Of a DNA stretch of 64,000 bases, positions 17,242-27,606 are shown one piece after another; positions within the stretch are counted from its first letter, which is position 1; every line of letters begins with the position of its first letter. This DNA comes from Polyangiaceae bacterium. Its GTDB lineage: Bacteria > Myxococcota_A > Polyangia > Polyangiales > Polyangiaceae. Location: positions 179,084 to 243,083 of the forward strand of contig JANRKO010000019.1 in assembly GCA_033763455.1 (NCBI GenBank). Reading direction: 5' to 3'. The notes beneath the pieces were generated by a model. That model did not search any database. It saw only the letters and a program-made list of their open reading frames with translations, and was not told the DNA's origin. Position numbers and translations under genes: made by a program.

Positions 17242-17802
17242 TTAGCTCTCGAGGTCTCGAAGCTCACCGTCCAAACGTGCATCGAGTGCGGCGTTCGCGG
17301 TTTCCTTGTCCTTCGACGTTTCCGCGCTTGCTGATGCCCCACTCGGACTCGGCTCGGCTGACCTGGCAATCGCTGCGGCCCGCCACTTTCGGAGCTTCAG
17401 GCCGGCCCCAACCCCCGCCAGACCGATCAACACGGTGAGGCCCACCGCGAAACCTCGAAGCGGGCTATGGGGCTGAACCGCAAGGATCTTCGAACCATAT
17501 CGTTCCACCATTGCTGAGCGGATCGCATCGACGCTTTCTCCGGCGGTGAGCCTTCGCCGGATTTCCCTGCGGAGATCTGAAACGATGGGTGAGTTGTGTA
17601 TATCCATGGTTTGGTTCCAGCAGCAGGGAGCTATGAGCTCGCCCTCCAACCGATGTTGACCCGGGAGATATTTCTCCTGCTCCGCCGCCGACGCTGGGGG
17701 CGAAACTGGCTCGCCGCCACCGGCGACCGCCGGAAGGCTCGCCAGCACACTTGCGCCAAGCCAAGGAACGCACCAAACGAACTGTGTAAGCCGACGGTTC
17801 AC
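17242..17802 (-). CDS. ccmH: CcmH/NrfF-like cytochrome c biogenesis protein (CC-motif variant)
   Basis: Signal peptide; LIAPCCWNQTMDIHNS...LRREIRRRL-AGES...MVERYG--IL; a C-terminal TM helix; ends RLDGELRDL. Start uncertain (17802-17880). Confidence 0.75.
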   Translation of the reverse strand: MNRRLTQFVWCVPWLGASVLASLPAVAGGGEPVSPPASAAEQEKYLPGQHRLEGELIAPCCWNQTMDIHNSPIVSDLRREIRRRLTAGESVDAIRSAMVERYGSKILAVQPHSPLRGFAVGLTVLIGLAGVGAGLKLRKWRAAAIARSAEPSPSGASASAETSKDKETANAALDARLDGELRDLES

Positions 17803-17963
17803 CACGCAGGTGCCACTCTGCCACGGGCGGGGAAAGCTCGCATCCAGTGTTTTGGCGCGCTTGACCGCTCCTCGGCCCAAGGCCTAGGGTGGCCACCGAA
17901 TTGGGCGTTTTTCAGCGCCGTTTCAACTTCGCGGCCTGCCCCAATCCCGAAAACCCACGTTTT

Positions 17964-18695
17964 ATGAGTTCGTCCCCAACCCCCACCGCTCTGGCTCGCC
18001 GCGATGGCTCAGGAGCGATGTTCGACGGAATTGCTCCGCGCTACGACTTGCTCAACCGCCTGCTTTCTTTCGGGCTCGATCAACGTTGGCGCAAAATGGC
18101 CATCCATCGCCTGAGGCTCAAGCCTCAAGCAGAAGTGCTCGACCTCGCAACCGGCACGGGCGACGTGGCCATCGCTGCCGCTCTTGCCGAACCCACAGCA
18201 CGAGTCGTCGGCGTCGATCCATCTGAGGAAATGATGGTGGTAGGCCGCCGCAAGATTTCGGCTTCGGGCCTTTCGGCTCGCGTAAGCCTCTTGCTGGGTG
18301 ATGCGCAAGCGCTCACGTTCGGCGAAGCTTCCTTCGACGGCATCAGCATGGCGTTTGGCATTCGTAACGTACCGGATCGACTGCGAGCTCTTGCGGAGAT
18401 GAAGCGAGTGCTGAAGCCGGGTGGGCGCGTGGTGATCCTTGAGCTTTCCGAGCCCCCCAACGGTGTGATGGGGGCCCTCGCGAAGTTCCATGTGCACGTG
18501 TTGGTACCTTGGTTGGGCGCACTAGTCTCGGGTGCGCATGAATATCGTTACCTGCAGCGCTCCATCGCCGCATTCCCGCCCGCCTCAGAGTTCGCCAAAT
18601 TGATCGAGGCGGCTGGCTTGGTAGTGGAAGAGGTTCGTCCCCTCACCTTCGGCGTCGCGCATCTTTACGTTGCGGAGAACAGGGCCCCCCGGTGA
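17964..18695 (+). CDS. menG: Demethylmenaquinone methyltransferase (UbiE/MenG)
   Basis: MFDGIAPRYDLLNRLLSFGLDQRWR, VLDLATGTGD, FGIRNV, YRYLQRSI--FP, LTFGVA. Confidence 0.92.
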   Translation: MSSSPTPTALARRDGSGAMFDGIAPRYDLLNRLLSFGLDQRWRKMAIHRLRLKPQAEVLDLATGTGDVAIAAALAEPTARVVGVDPSEEMMVVGRRKISASGLSARVSLLLGDAQALTFGEASFDGISMAFGIRNVPDRLRALAEMKRVLKPGGRVVILELSEPPNGVMGALAKFHVHVLVPWLGALVSGAHEYRYLQRSIAAFPPASEFAKLIEAAGLVVEEVRPLTFGVAHLYVAENRAPR

Positions 18696-20107
18696 CATCT
18701 TCGTTGGCGCAGTTCGGGGTTTCCGAGGCCATTTCCTCGGAAGAGCCTCTTTCACGCTGGGTAGCGCGGGAGCTTGAACGACTCAAGGATGCGGCGTTGG
18801 TGGTCCTTGGTGTGCCCGCACCGCGCGTATCGTTGGACCGCTTTCTGGCACTAGTTAAAGACGAAGAAGCACTGCTTTGGGACCCTCCGGGTGAGCCGGG
18901 TTTTGCCGGAGCCGGTTGTGCGCGTGAAGTGCGAGCCCAGGGGCCCTCGCGTTTCGTTGAAGCTCAGCAACTAGCTCGTTCCCTGTTCGCTTCAGTAAAG
19001 AGTGCCCACCGCGAGCGCCCTAACGAGGGTTTGGCCCTGCTTTTTGGTGGGTTTTCCTGCTTTCCGAACCAGGCGCTAGATGCTCTCTGGCAAAGCTTTG
19101 GCGAAGCGCGGTTTGTTTTGCCGCGAATCTTGTACAAGTTGCACAGCGACGGCACGGCAACGTTCGGCGTCACCTGCGACCTCGATTCCAAGCACTCACC
19201 CGCAGAGCTGGTGCGCTCCACTGTCGGCACCATTACCGAGTGGCTCGAGAGACTGAATGATGGGACCTCGGCTCCATTGCCTCAGGAGCGCACCCCCTCC
19301 ATCTTGGAACAGAACGAACTTGGGGAGGCCGAGTGGGGTTCGCTCGTGGGCCAAATTAGCCGGAATATTGAGGCGAAAACGGTAGAAAAAGTGGTCGCCG
19401 CGCGACGTAGCTCGCTGCAAATTTCCCCCACACCCGAGTGGCGCGACGTACTTCTGCGCCTCGCCGGAGACAATAATTCCTGCACGCGCTTCGCGCTCCA
19501 TCACGCTGATTGTACATTCCTCGGCGCCACCCCCGAACGGCTGATCCGTAAGTTTGGCACGCACTTCGACACTGAAGCTCTCGCGGGCTCTGCGCGGTCC
19601 GGCGCGGAGAGCGCCCAAATGCTGCTTGGCAGCCAAAAAGATCTCGAAGAGCACGCCATCGTGGTGCGTGAAATCAAGCGTTCGCTCGGCCCATTCGCCG
19701 CCGAGCTCACGGCTCCCGGCACCCCCAGCGTCCACGCGCTGCATTACGTTTCCCACCTCCGCACGCCGATCGAGGGCACGCTTCGAGCTTCCACGCATAT
19801 CTTGGATCTTGTAGCTGCCTTGCATCCCACCCCTGCGGTTGGCGGCGTCCCCAAGGCTGACGCAGAACGCTTGATCTTGGCGAACGAGCGCGATCGCCGG
19901 GGCTGGTACGCTGGCCCCATCGGCTGGTTCGATCGGCATGGAGACGGCTCATTCGCCGTGGCGCTGAGGTCCGCATTGCTAGAAAGCAACTATGCACACC
20001 TCTATGCGGGAGCGGGTATCGTCCGTGGTTCAGATCCTCACGCCGAATACCAGGAAACACAGTTGAAGCTGCAGGGCTTGCTGCGTGCACTCGGGGTCAG
20101 TGCGTGA
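18692..20107 (+). CDS. menF: Isochorismate synthase
   Basis: KVVAAR, FLGATPERL, EALAGS, KDLEEH, HLRTPI, LHPTPAVGG-P, RGWYAGPIGW, AGAGIV-GS. Confidence 0.9.
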   Translation: MTSSLAQFGVSEAISSEEPLSRWVARELERLKDAALVVLGVPAPRVSLDRFLALVKDEEALLWDPPGEPGFAGAGCAREVRAQGPSRFVEAQQLARSLFASVKSAHRERPNEGLALLFGGFSCFPNQALDALWQSFGEARFVLPRILYKLHSDGTATFGVTCDLDSKHSPAELVRSTVGTITEWLERLNDGTSAPLPQERTPSILEQNELGEAEWGSLVGQISRNIEAKTVEKVVAARRSSLQISPTPEWRDVLLRLAGDNNSCTRFALHHADCTFLGATPERLIRKFGTHFDTEALAGSARSGAESAQMLLGSQKDLEEHAIVVREIKRSLGPFAAELTAPGTPSVHALHYVSHLRTPIEGTLRASTHILDLVAALHPTPAVGGVPKADAERLILANERDRRGWYAGPIGWFDRHGDGSFAVALRSALLESNYAHLYAGAGIVRGSDPHAEYQETQLKLQGLLRALGVSA

Positions 20108-21855
20108 CGGAGCCGAGCCCTCAAGCTGAGTGGGCTCGTTTGTTGTTTGGCAGCTTTGCGCAAGCGGGCGTTCAAGATGTGGTGATAAGCCCTGGGTCTC
20201 GTTCCACACCCTTCGTGTGGGCGGCGATCCATACCGAAAACTTGCGTTGCCATACCATTCTGGATGAGCGCTCAGCCGCATTTTTTGCTCTCGGACAGGC
20301 CAAATTGTCAGGCAAGCCAACCCTGCTCTTGTGCACTTCCGGCACCGCGTTAGCGCACTACTTCCCTGCCATAATCGAGTCCCGGTTAACGTCTACTCCG
20401 CTGGTGGTGCTGAGTGCGGATCGCCCCTTCGAGCTCCAAGCCGCAAAAGCTCCGCAAACGATCGACCAGGTGAAAATCTTTGGAGATTTCGCCGAATATT
20501 TCGAACTCGGCACGCCCGAAGCTCGGTCCGAAGCTCTGCATTTTGTGCGCCGGCTGGCCTTTCAAGCCGTGCTCTCGGCCCAGGCTCCCGGCGGGCGGCC
20601 CAGCCACGTCAACGCACGCGCCAGAAAGCCACTAGAGCCCCAGAGCTTCCCTGAACTGCACTCACAGGTTTCGGCGCTGCTCGCTCTAGGCCCGCCCCCA
20701 CACGCGAAGGCTGCGCAAAGCTGCTCAATTCCCCCGGTTTTGTCCGAGCAATTGCGCGATGCAACGCAAGGATTGCTGTTTTCAGGGCCAGAAGCTCCGG
20801 CCCATTCTGGCTATATAGGGAAGCTATTGGAGCTCGCTCGCCGCACCGGGTGGCCTATCGTTGTCGACGCCGCGAGCCCCCTTCGTTTTCTCGGGCCAGA
20901 AAGCGTACCGCCAGGCGTCACGTTGCTCGGGTTTGCAGAATGGTTCTTGCCAAACCTCGCTCAACACTTTGAGCCCGAGGTCGCAATCCATTTCGGCGAG
21001 CCAATGGTCCCAACTTCGCTTCAGGCTTGCGCCAAAAGCTGGGTGAACACCCAATTTTATGCCGCTTCAGTGAGCTTTTGGAACGATCCCGAGAACCGCG
21101 CAGCACAACTACCGAGCCAGCCCGAAGCTTTGCTGAATGCGCTTCTGGAGCAAGCGCCTGAGCTCGCGTTGCCCGCTGCCGCAAAATACGCCGCTAAGCT
21201 TCAGTCCCTGGAGTCTCGCGCCGCTGCTGCTGTTGAACAGGCTATTGCCACACAGACGCATTTTTCTGAAAGTCAAGCCGTACGCCTCGTTGCTCATGCG
21301 CTTCCCAAAGGGTCGCTTTTGGTCCTCGGCAACAGCTTACCTATTCGCGATTTCGGGGCGTTTGTTGCTCGCTCAGCTGCAGAGGTGCAAGTGCTCTCCC
21401 AACGCGGTGCCAACGGGATTGATGGCCTGCTTTCCGGTGCAGCGGGGGCCGCAAGCGTTTTTGGAAAGCCCACTACGTTAGTGTTGGGGGATTTGAGCTT
21501 TGTTCATGATTTGGGCGGGCTTTGGAGTTGCCAAGCCATCAGAACCCCAGTTGTTATAGTGGTTATCGACAACGGGGGCGGAAGGATCTTCGAACAATTG
21601 CCCATCCAGCGAAGTGCGGGGATGTCGCAAGAGAAGCTCCAGCATTGGGTGCTCGATCACTCCCTGAAGCTCGACCACGCCGCCGCCGTATTTGGGCTCC
21701 CTGCCCACCGCATCTCCACAGCTCAGGAGTTGGAGCAGGCCCTCAAGCTCTCCTACGCACACGCGGGAGCCAGCTTACTGGTGGTGAGTGTGGCACCCCA
21801 CGGCGCCGAGGAAGCAAACCAACGCGTCCGTGCGCTGTTAGCAGGCGATGGCTAA
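20104..21855 (+). CDS. menD: SEPHCHC synthase
   Basis: ISPGSRSTP, DERSAAFFALG, CTSGTA, SADRP-EL, QTIDQ, GNSLPIRD, RGANGIDG, GDLSF-HD, DNGGGRIFEQLP. Confidence 0.95.
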   Translation: MTEPSPQAEWARLLFGSFAQAGVQDVVISPGSRSTPFVWAAIHTENLRCHTILDERSAAFFALGQAKLSGKPTLLLCTSGTALAHYFPAIIESRLTSTPLVVLSADRPFELQAAKAPQTIDQVKIFGDFAEYFELGTPEARSEALHFVRRLAFQAVLSAQAPGGRPSHVNARARKPLEPQSFPELHSQVSALLALGPPPHAKAAQSCSIPPVLSEQLRDATQGLLFSGPEAPAHSGYIGKLLELARRTGWPIVVDAASPLRFLGPESVPPGVTLLGFAEWFLPNLAQHFEPEVAIHFGEPMVPTSLQACAKSWVNTQFYAASVSFWNDPENRAAQLPSQPEALLNALLEQAPELALPAAAKYAAKLQSLESRAAAAVEQAIATQTHFSESQAVRLVAHALPKGSLLVLGNSLPIRDFGAFVARSAAEVQVLSQRGANGIDGLLSGAAGAASVFGKPTTLVLGDLSFVHDLGGLWSCQAIRTPVVIVVIDNGGGRIFEQLPIQRSAGMSQEKLQHWVLDHSLKLDHAAAVFGLPAHRISTAQELEQALKLSYAHAGASLLVVSVAPHGAEEANQRVRALLAGDG

Positions 21856-22621
21856 CCTTCAGAATTTTGTGCTGCTCCACGGATTTTTGGGCGCACCAGA
21901 AGTCTTCCGTGATGTGAAAGGTTACGTGGAGGGAGCGCTGAACGCCAACTGCTCCTTCTACACCCCCACGCTGAGTGGTCACGCGGGTGTGCCCGCGGCA
22001 TGTGCTGATTTTGAAGCCGAAGTAACGCGGCTCCTGGCGGCGATCCCGAATCCCTCCCCACACGCGCGACTTCACCTTGTCGGGTATTCGCTGGGCGGGC
22101 GTTTGGCACTCGGGATGGCCCTCCGGCAACCCGCGCGTTTTAATTCACTCTGTTTGATCAGTGCGCACCCAGGGCTCACGGAGTCTGCTGCACGTGAGGA
22201 ACGCTGCCGCTCCGACGAAACCTGGGCCTGCTTGCTGGAAGCCCACGGGTTGAAGGCGTTTGTCGAAGCGTGGCAAAAACAGCCGCTTTTCTCGTCTCAA
22301 ACGCTGTTAAGTGAGAGCGTCCTAGCCGAGCAACAGCGGATAAGGCTGCGCCACGAGCCGAGCGATCTAGCCCAAGCTATGCGGCGGTTGAGCCTTGGGC
22401 GGATGCCGAACTACGCGGAGCGGCTTGGGGAACTTCGCTTGCCTGTCCAGTTGGTTACGGGTGCCCTTGATGCAAAATTTCAAGCCATAGCCCAATCCAT
22501 GAGTCAGGCATTGCCGGCAGCAACACACCACTCCCATGCTGGTGTCGGCCATAACGTAGTGCTCGAAAACCCGCGGGACTTAGCGAAACAGCTGGCTCAG
22601 TTCGCGCTCACCGTCACGTAA
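21848..22621 (+). CDS. menH: SHCHC synthase (alpha/beta hydrolase)
   Basis: LHGFLG, GYSLGGRLAL, PGL----R-ER--SD--W, WQKQPLF, G-LDAKF, GHNV. Confidence 0.88.
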   Translation: MANLQNFVLLHGFLGAPEVFRDVKGYVEGALNANCSFYTPTLSGHAGVPAACADFEAEVTRLLAAIPNPSPHARLHLVGYSLGGRLALGMALRQPARFNSLCLISAHPGLTESAAREERCRSDETWACLLEAHGLKAFVEAWQKQPLFSSQTLLSESVLAEQQRIRLRHEPSDLAQAMRRLSLGRMPNYAERLGELRLPVQLVTGALDAKFQAIAQSMSQALPAATHHSHAGVGHNVVLENPRDLAKQLAQFALTVT

Positions 22622-22648
22622 AGACGGTCCGCTCCTCATCTGCACCTG

Positions 22649-22990
22649 CTAACGCGAAAACGCGAGCAGGCAAAACGTCACAACGGCGAGGCTAATCCCC
22701 ACGTAAACAGTCGGGGAAAGCACCTCTTTCAACACTAAGAGCCCAAGCACATTCGCTATCACGAGCGAGGCGACACTGAAGAGTGCCATCGTCTTACCAA
22801 GATCAATGGATGCAAAAACGTAAAGCTGCCCGATCGTCGCAACGATACGAATGGAGAAGTACACAACAAACCATACGCTCGCAAATGCTGCTGTAGAAAA
22901 ACCGTACAGCTTCATGTAGTTGCGCCCCATCAGATCGCTTACAGAAAAGAGCAATTGGGACCCGATCAAAGCAACATAAACCCAGGGCAT
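22649..22990 (-). CDS. Small four-TM DMT/SMR (EamA-like) membrane protein
   Basis: 113 aa with four hydrophobic segments; G---LKE-LS----GI-L DMT-type motif. Confidence 0.65.
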   Translation of the reverse strand: MPWVYVALIGSQLLFSVSDLMGRNYMKLYGFSTAAFASVWFVVYFSIRIVATIGQLYVFASIDLGKTMALFSVASLVIANVLGLLVLKEVLSPTVYVGISLAVVTFCLLAFSR

Positions 22991-23219
22991 AACGCCCCAC
23001 GACAGCGCGAGTTTGCGCCTAAAGCAACCCCCGTGCGGCAACCCTGCAGCACCACGCGACGTTCACAGGCAAATCTGCCGTGTTGAGGGCATCCGCCGGG
23101 TGATGAAGCGAAAGTGCTATTGTGCGCTGCGTGTTTCGATAGTTGAGAACCCATCGAGCATTGCACGAGAGGTAGCCCAAGATATGATGCGCGCCTCTCG
23201 CTCCTTGAACGGATTTCAC

Positions 23220-25544
23220 ATGAAGAAGCTATTGATTGGTCTCGCCCTGGTGGTGTTGGGCAGTTGGTCATCCAACGCCGGAGCACAAAAATCACCCACT
23301 GATGTCGATGCCTTTGTGGTCGTCAGCAAAGACGGGCACCTACAGCTAAACGGCAGACGGGTGCGGTTTTGGGGTGCCACCGGCGGGTTCACGCTGGGAG
23401 CACAAGGGGCGGACAGGCAGAGCTATGCAGACGTGGATTTAGTGGTGAGCCGGCTGATGGAGCTCGGTTTCAACATGGTGCGTAATGGCCATCGCGGTGC
23501 GCTCACCTACACCAAGGGTGATCGCTCGGAGGCCGATCTGAGCGACTACTTCGTTTACAAGTTTAAGCAAGCTGGCGGCAAAATTTGGTCGACGGATCTG
23601 AGCCACGGGGCACGCAGCGCTACGTCAAAAGATGTGGATAGCGTAAAAGCTCCGGAGTCCGCCGCGGCCTGGGTCGCAGCCATGGAGGAGTGGGAGAAGA
23701 AGGGAAAAGGTAGGGTTTCGCTGACCCGCAATGTGGCGCGCATTTGGGACGCGCGGCTCGAAGCGATCGGCATCGCCAACATGAAAAAGGCGGTAGACCC
23801 AGTGAATCCGTACACGGGGCTACGGCGCGCGGACGACCCCGTGTATGCGATTTGGGAGCTCTCGAACGAAGAAGGTTGGATCTCCCAGATGTTGGGCGGC
23901 GAGTGGCAGCAGTTGCCGCGCTTCTTTCAAGATGAGCTCATCGGTCGCTGGCAAGTGTTTGTCCGCACCAAATACCAGGATGATTATGCGCTGAAAAAGG
24001 CGTGGGGCTTTTTGCTGCCAGGCGAAGCGCTGAAAGACAACACGATTCTGCTCGCGCCGATCCAAAGCAAGAGCTCTCCCGTCGTAATCAGCGACGCGAA
24101 CCCGGCAGCGGTGTCGATGCTGCAGAGCACCAAGCAAAAGTATTCACGAGACGATTTTACGCGCAGAAGAAGCAGCGACGTACTCGAGTTTCTCACGGGC
24201 CTCTGGGTAGAGCACAAGCAACGTGAAGCGGACGCCCTGAAGCCGATGGGTAAAAGCCTCACCAAGAGCCCCTTGGTTTGGAACACAGGCTTTCCAGGCT
24301 CTAACATTCAGGCTCAGTTTCTGCAGCAACACGCCGATGCTATCGCCCACGATTCATACATCGGCGGAACCCACCATGACTCAACCCACCGCCGTTTCCC
24401 TTTTTACAGTGGGCTGGAAGAGTTGCCTCGCATCGCCTGGAAAGATCCGTGGATTGAGCACAACCACATGCCGGGGAAGCCCTACCTGATCTACGAAACC
24501 CAGATCGATAACACGGCCAAATACCGTGCTGAATTCCCCATGCGCATGGCCTCTTTGGGCTCAATTCAAGATTGGGACGCCGTGTGCTGGCACTACTACG
24601 GGTTCGCGCCCGACTCGAAGAAAGAAAAGCCGTTCTTAGCCAAGCTTGATACCGGGCACTCGATGAACCTTCACTACCAGTTCGACGAAGTGCAGCTCTC
24701 ATCGATGAAGGCGGCTTCCGCGATTTTTCGCAATTTCTTGCTCGCCCCTGCTCCCTCTCCCACCTTGTTCGTTTTCGGCAAACGTTCCCTGCACGATCCT
24801 GCGAGCATGGATTGGGCTGGTTCCTATACGCCAGGAATGCTCGATCGCATGATGGCCACCGCCTACCGCTACGGTTCACGGCTGCTGATCGATCCCACGC
24901 TTGAAAGCCGCCCTTTTGATCCACTGTTCAAAGTGAAGGGCACCTACGAGAAGTTCCTAGAAGACGGCTACTTGATTGTGGGCCCAAGTTATCGCCCTCG
25001 CACCTACGAGCCCAATCCCATCGTCCCCAGCGATCAAATCGAATACGACTGGCAAAAAGGCCATCTGAAGTTCGATGCCCCCGGCGTGGCGAGCTATTCG
25101 GGCTTCTTCGCGCAATACGGCAACATCTTACGCTTCAAAAACGGAGTCGTCCTGCGGGATGTCACCATCAAAAACGACCCCGGCATTGCTTACCCTGTCA
25201 CCAACGACGAGAAGTTCATCGAGTTTAGCTTGGCAACGCTCGACGGCGCCCCCCTCGCCACCACCAAACACGCGCTGCTTTCTCTCGTGAGCACGAGCTT
25301 CAATACGGGCTTCAAGTTTGACATGAACAAGGTGACCGAGTTCTTTGCACCACCCGCAACGCAGGGCGATTTACCTGTGTTGTACGCTCGGGCGGGGGCC
25401 TCGGTGTTTGCTCCAGGCCTGCGTGGAATGAAGTATCGCTTTATGGATTGGAACCGGAAGGAGATCGCCACCGGAACCATCACCGACGGCGTGCTCAAGA
25501 TCCCCGCAGATCAGCCCATTTTCTACGTTGATCTGACCCGCTGA
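23220..25544 (+). CDS. Secreted clan GH-A (GH5-like) glycoside hydrolase
   Basis: Signal peptide MKKLLIG...NAGA; G-RVRFWG, GFNMVR, VNPYTGL--ADDP----WELSNE (acid/base NE), KPYLIYET (candidate nucleophile), QDWDAV. Confidence 0.65.
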   Translation: MKKLLIGLALVVLGSWSSNAGAQKSPTDVDAFVVVSKDGHLQLNGRRVRFWGATGGFTLGAQGADRQSYADVDLVVSRLMELGFNMVRNGHRGALTYTKGDRSEADLSDYFVYKFKQAGGKIWSTDLSHGARSATSKDVDSVKAPESAAAWVAAMEEWEKKGKGRVSLTRNVARIWDARLEAIGIANMKKAVDPVNPYTGLRRADDPVYAIWELSNEEGWISQMLGGEWQQLPRFFQDELIGRWQVFVRTKYQDDYALKKAWGFLLPGEALKDNTILLAPIQSKSSPVVISDANPAAVSMLQSTKQKYSRDDFTRRRSSDVLEFLTGLWVEHKQREADALKPMGKSLTKSPLVWNTGFPGSNIQAQFLQQHADAIAHDSYIGGTHHDSTHRRFPFYSGLEELPRIAWKDPWIEHNHMPGKPYLIYETQIDNTAKYRAEFPMRMASLGSIQDWDAVCWHYYGFAPDSKKEKPFLAKLDTGHSMNLHYQFDEVQLSSMKAASAIFRNFLLAPAPSPTLFVFGKRSLHDPASMDWAGSYTPGMLDRMMATAYRYGSRLLIDPTLESRPFDPLFKVKGTYEKFLEDGYLIVGPSYRPRTYEPNPIVPSDQIEYDWQKGHLKFDAPGVASYSGFFAQYGNILRFKNGVVLRDVTIKNDPGIAYPVTNDEKFIEFSLATLDGAPLATTKHALLSLVSTSFNTGFKFDMNKVTEFFAPPATQGDLPVLYARAGASVFAPGLRGMKYRFMDWNRKEIATGTITDGVLKIPADQPIFYVDLTR

Positions 25545-25603
25545 CATTTCCGCGCCTGGCTCGGGAGCTAGCCAAAGCTGGGCGTTCTAGCTAGATCGCG
25601 GGG

Positions 25604-26512
25604 GTGTCTCGTACTCCCGATCCTGGTTCGCTCGGAGCCTGGGTGCTCGCCGCGCGGCCCAAAACACTCACGGCCGCCGCTACTCCAGTATTGGTTGCAA
25701 CTGGAGTTTCCGTGGCCGTGGCTGGCAGTAGCTGGCTAACGTCTGGGGCATGGCCCGGAATTGCCGCGTTGGTCGGAGCGTTGCTGCTCCAGGTTTCGTC
25801 GAATTTCGCTAACGATTTTTTCGATTTTGAGGCTGGGGCTGATGCCGAAGACAGGCTGGGGCCGCCCCGCGCTGCACAGCTTGGGTTGCTGACACCGTCC
25901 GCGCTACGCCGTGGCCTCTTGGTTGTGCTGGGGCTGGCTTTGAGTGTTGGGGCGTACCTAACTAGCGTGCGGGGATGGCCCATTATTGGCATCGGGTTAG
26001 CATCCATGGCGGCAGCTGTGGCCTACACGGGTGGCCCCTACCCATTGGGCTATCACGGCCTGGGCGACGTATTTGTGATGCTCTTTTTCGGCTTCGTCGC
26101 GGTGTTGGGCACGGTGTACGTGGAGCTCGGCGAAGTGCCAATCCTCGCCGTGTACGCGGCAATTCCCGTGGGGGCCCTTTCTACGGCGATCTTGGTGGTG
26201 AACAACCTGCGGGATCGTGAATCAGATGCGCGCGTAGGCAAACGAACACTCGCCGTGAGATTGGGCGAACGGGGAGCCGTGGCGGAATACGCCCTCTTGG
26301 TGGTGTTGGCTTACGCGATACCTGTGGGCCTCTGGCTCTCAGGAGCGCAATCTGCCTGGGTTCTGCTCCCTCTGCTCTCGGCCCCCTGGGCCTTCTCATT
26401 AGTCAAGAAAGTGGCCCAGGTGCGGGGAAAGCCGATGAACGCAATGCTTGCAAGCACGGCGCAGCTCTTGGCGCTGCACGGGGTGCTGTTTGCGCTAGGG
26501 TTAGCTCTCTGA
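25604..26512 (+). CDS. menA: 1,4-dihydroxy-2-naphthoate polyprenyltransferase
   Basis: [53 protein letters not shown]. Confidence 0.94.
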   Translation: MSRTPDPGSLGAWVLAARPKTLTAAATPVLVATGVSVAVAGSSWLTSGAWPGIAALVGALLLQVSSNFANDFFDFEAGADAEDRLGPPRAAQLGLLTPSALRRGLLVVLGLALSVGAYLTSVRGWPIIGIGLASMAAAVAYTGGPYPLGYHGLGDVFVMLFFGFVAVLGTVYVELGEVPILAVYAAIPVGALSTAILVVNNLRDRESDARVGKRTLAVRLGERGAVAEYALLVVLAYAIPVGLWLSGAQSAWVLLPLLSAPWAFSLVKKVAQVRGKPMNAMLASTAQLLALHGVLFALGLAL

Positions 26513-26549
26513 GCTCATGTGTTTGCTCCGTTAGTGGAAGGTAACCGGC

Positions 26550-27599
26550 ATGCGGATGAAGCTCGTTGATGTGTCGCCGCTCAGCTGGATAGTATCGGAG
26601 CAAGTTCGTTCGGCCCGCGGCAGCTGGAATGAGCGTGAAGGGGTAAAGCTCACATTTGAGGATGAGGCGGGGCGCATCGGCTACGGCGAGGCCTCGCCTC
26701 TGCCCGGCTACAGCCGCGAAACGCTTGCGGACTGTTGGGGTGTGCTCTCCAAGCTCCGAGGCACCACTTGGTCGGTGGGGGTTGAGCCGGAAAAAGCGCT
26801 GCGGATGTTGCGCTCCAATGGCACCGATCAAGAGCTCGCGGCGCTGCGATTTGCCCTCGAAATGGGCTATTTCGACCTTCTGAGCCAGCGCTTAACGGCA
26901 GATGCGCTCGCTCTTGCCCCTTCCCAATTTCGCCCGCTGCTTTTACGGAGTGAACCCGTGGGCATTCCGGTGGCGGCATTACTTGAGAACAGCAGCGTCG
27001 AGGCGTGCGTCCGGAGCGCCAAACGTGCCATGAGCTCGGGGATATCCACGTTCAAACTAAAGCTTGGAAGGGAGGCGTGCTGGGATCTAGAGCTCACGCA
27101 GCTCCAAGCGCTCCGAGATACCTTTGGGGATAGCGTTCGTTTGCGGGCCGATGCGAACCAACACTTGGGGGAACCTCTGGCAGAAAAACTCCACGTTTTG
27201 GGCAAATTCAAGCTGGATTTTATCGAAGAGCCGTGTGACTCGTTGGCTTCGCTTGAGGAGAGCTACCCACCAGGCGCAGCCACTATCGCCCTGGACGAAT
27301 CGCTACAGGCTCTCGACCCAGACATGCTCACGACAGATCCACCCGCCGCGCGCTCGCTCCGCTCGCTGATCGAACGCGGAGCGGTTGGTGCTTTGGTGCT
27401 CAAGCCCATGGCTCTTGGCGGCCTCGCACGATGCTTGAAGTGGGCGCACTTCGCGCATCAAGCTCAACTCAAAGTGATCGTCTCGCACCTATTTAGTGGA
27501 CCTATTGCGTCCCGTTGGGAAAAACGGCTCGCTGCTAGCATTGGCACGCCCACCGAAGCTCAAGGTCTACACTACCAACCGACGCACTCGGCTCCCTGA
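26550..27599 (+). CDS. menC: o-Succinylbenzoate synthase (enolase superfamily)
   Basis: GYGEASPLPGYS-E, KLKLG, LRADAN, FIEEP, IALDES, VLKPM-LGG. Confidence 0.88.
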   Translation: MRMKLVDVSPLSWIVSEQVRSARGSWNEREGVKLTFEDEAGRIGYGEASPLPGYSRETLADCWGVLSKLRGTTWSVGVEPEKALRMLRSNGTDQELAALRFALEMGYFDLLSQRLTADALALAPSQFRPLLLRSEPVGIPVAALLENSSVEACVRSAKRAMSSGISTFKLKLGREACWDLELTQLQALRDTFGDSVRLRADANQHLGEPLAEKLHVLGKFKLDFIEEPCDSLASLEESYPPGAATIALDESLQALDPDMLTTDPPAARSLRSLIERGAVGALVLKPMALGGLARCLKWAHFAHQAQLKVIVSHLFSGPIASRWEKRLAASIGTPTEAQGLHYQPTHSAP

Positions 27600-27606
27600 G
27601 AGCACC

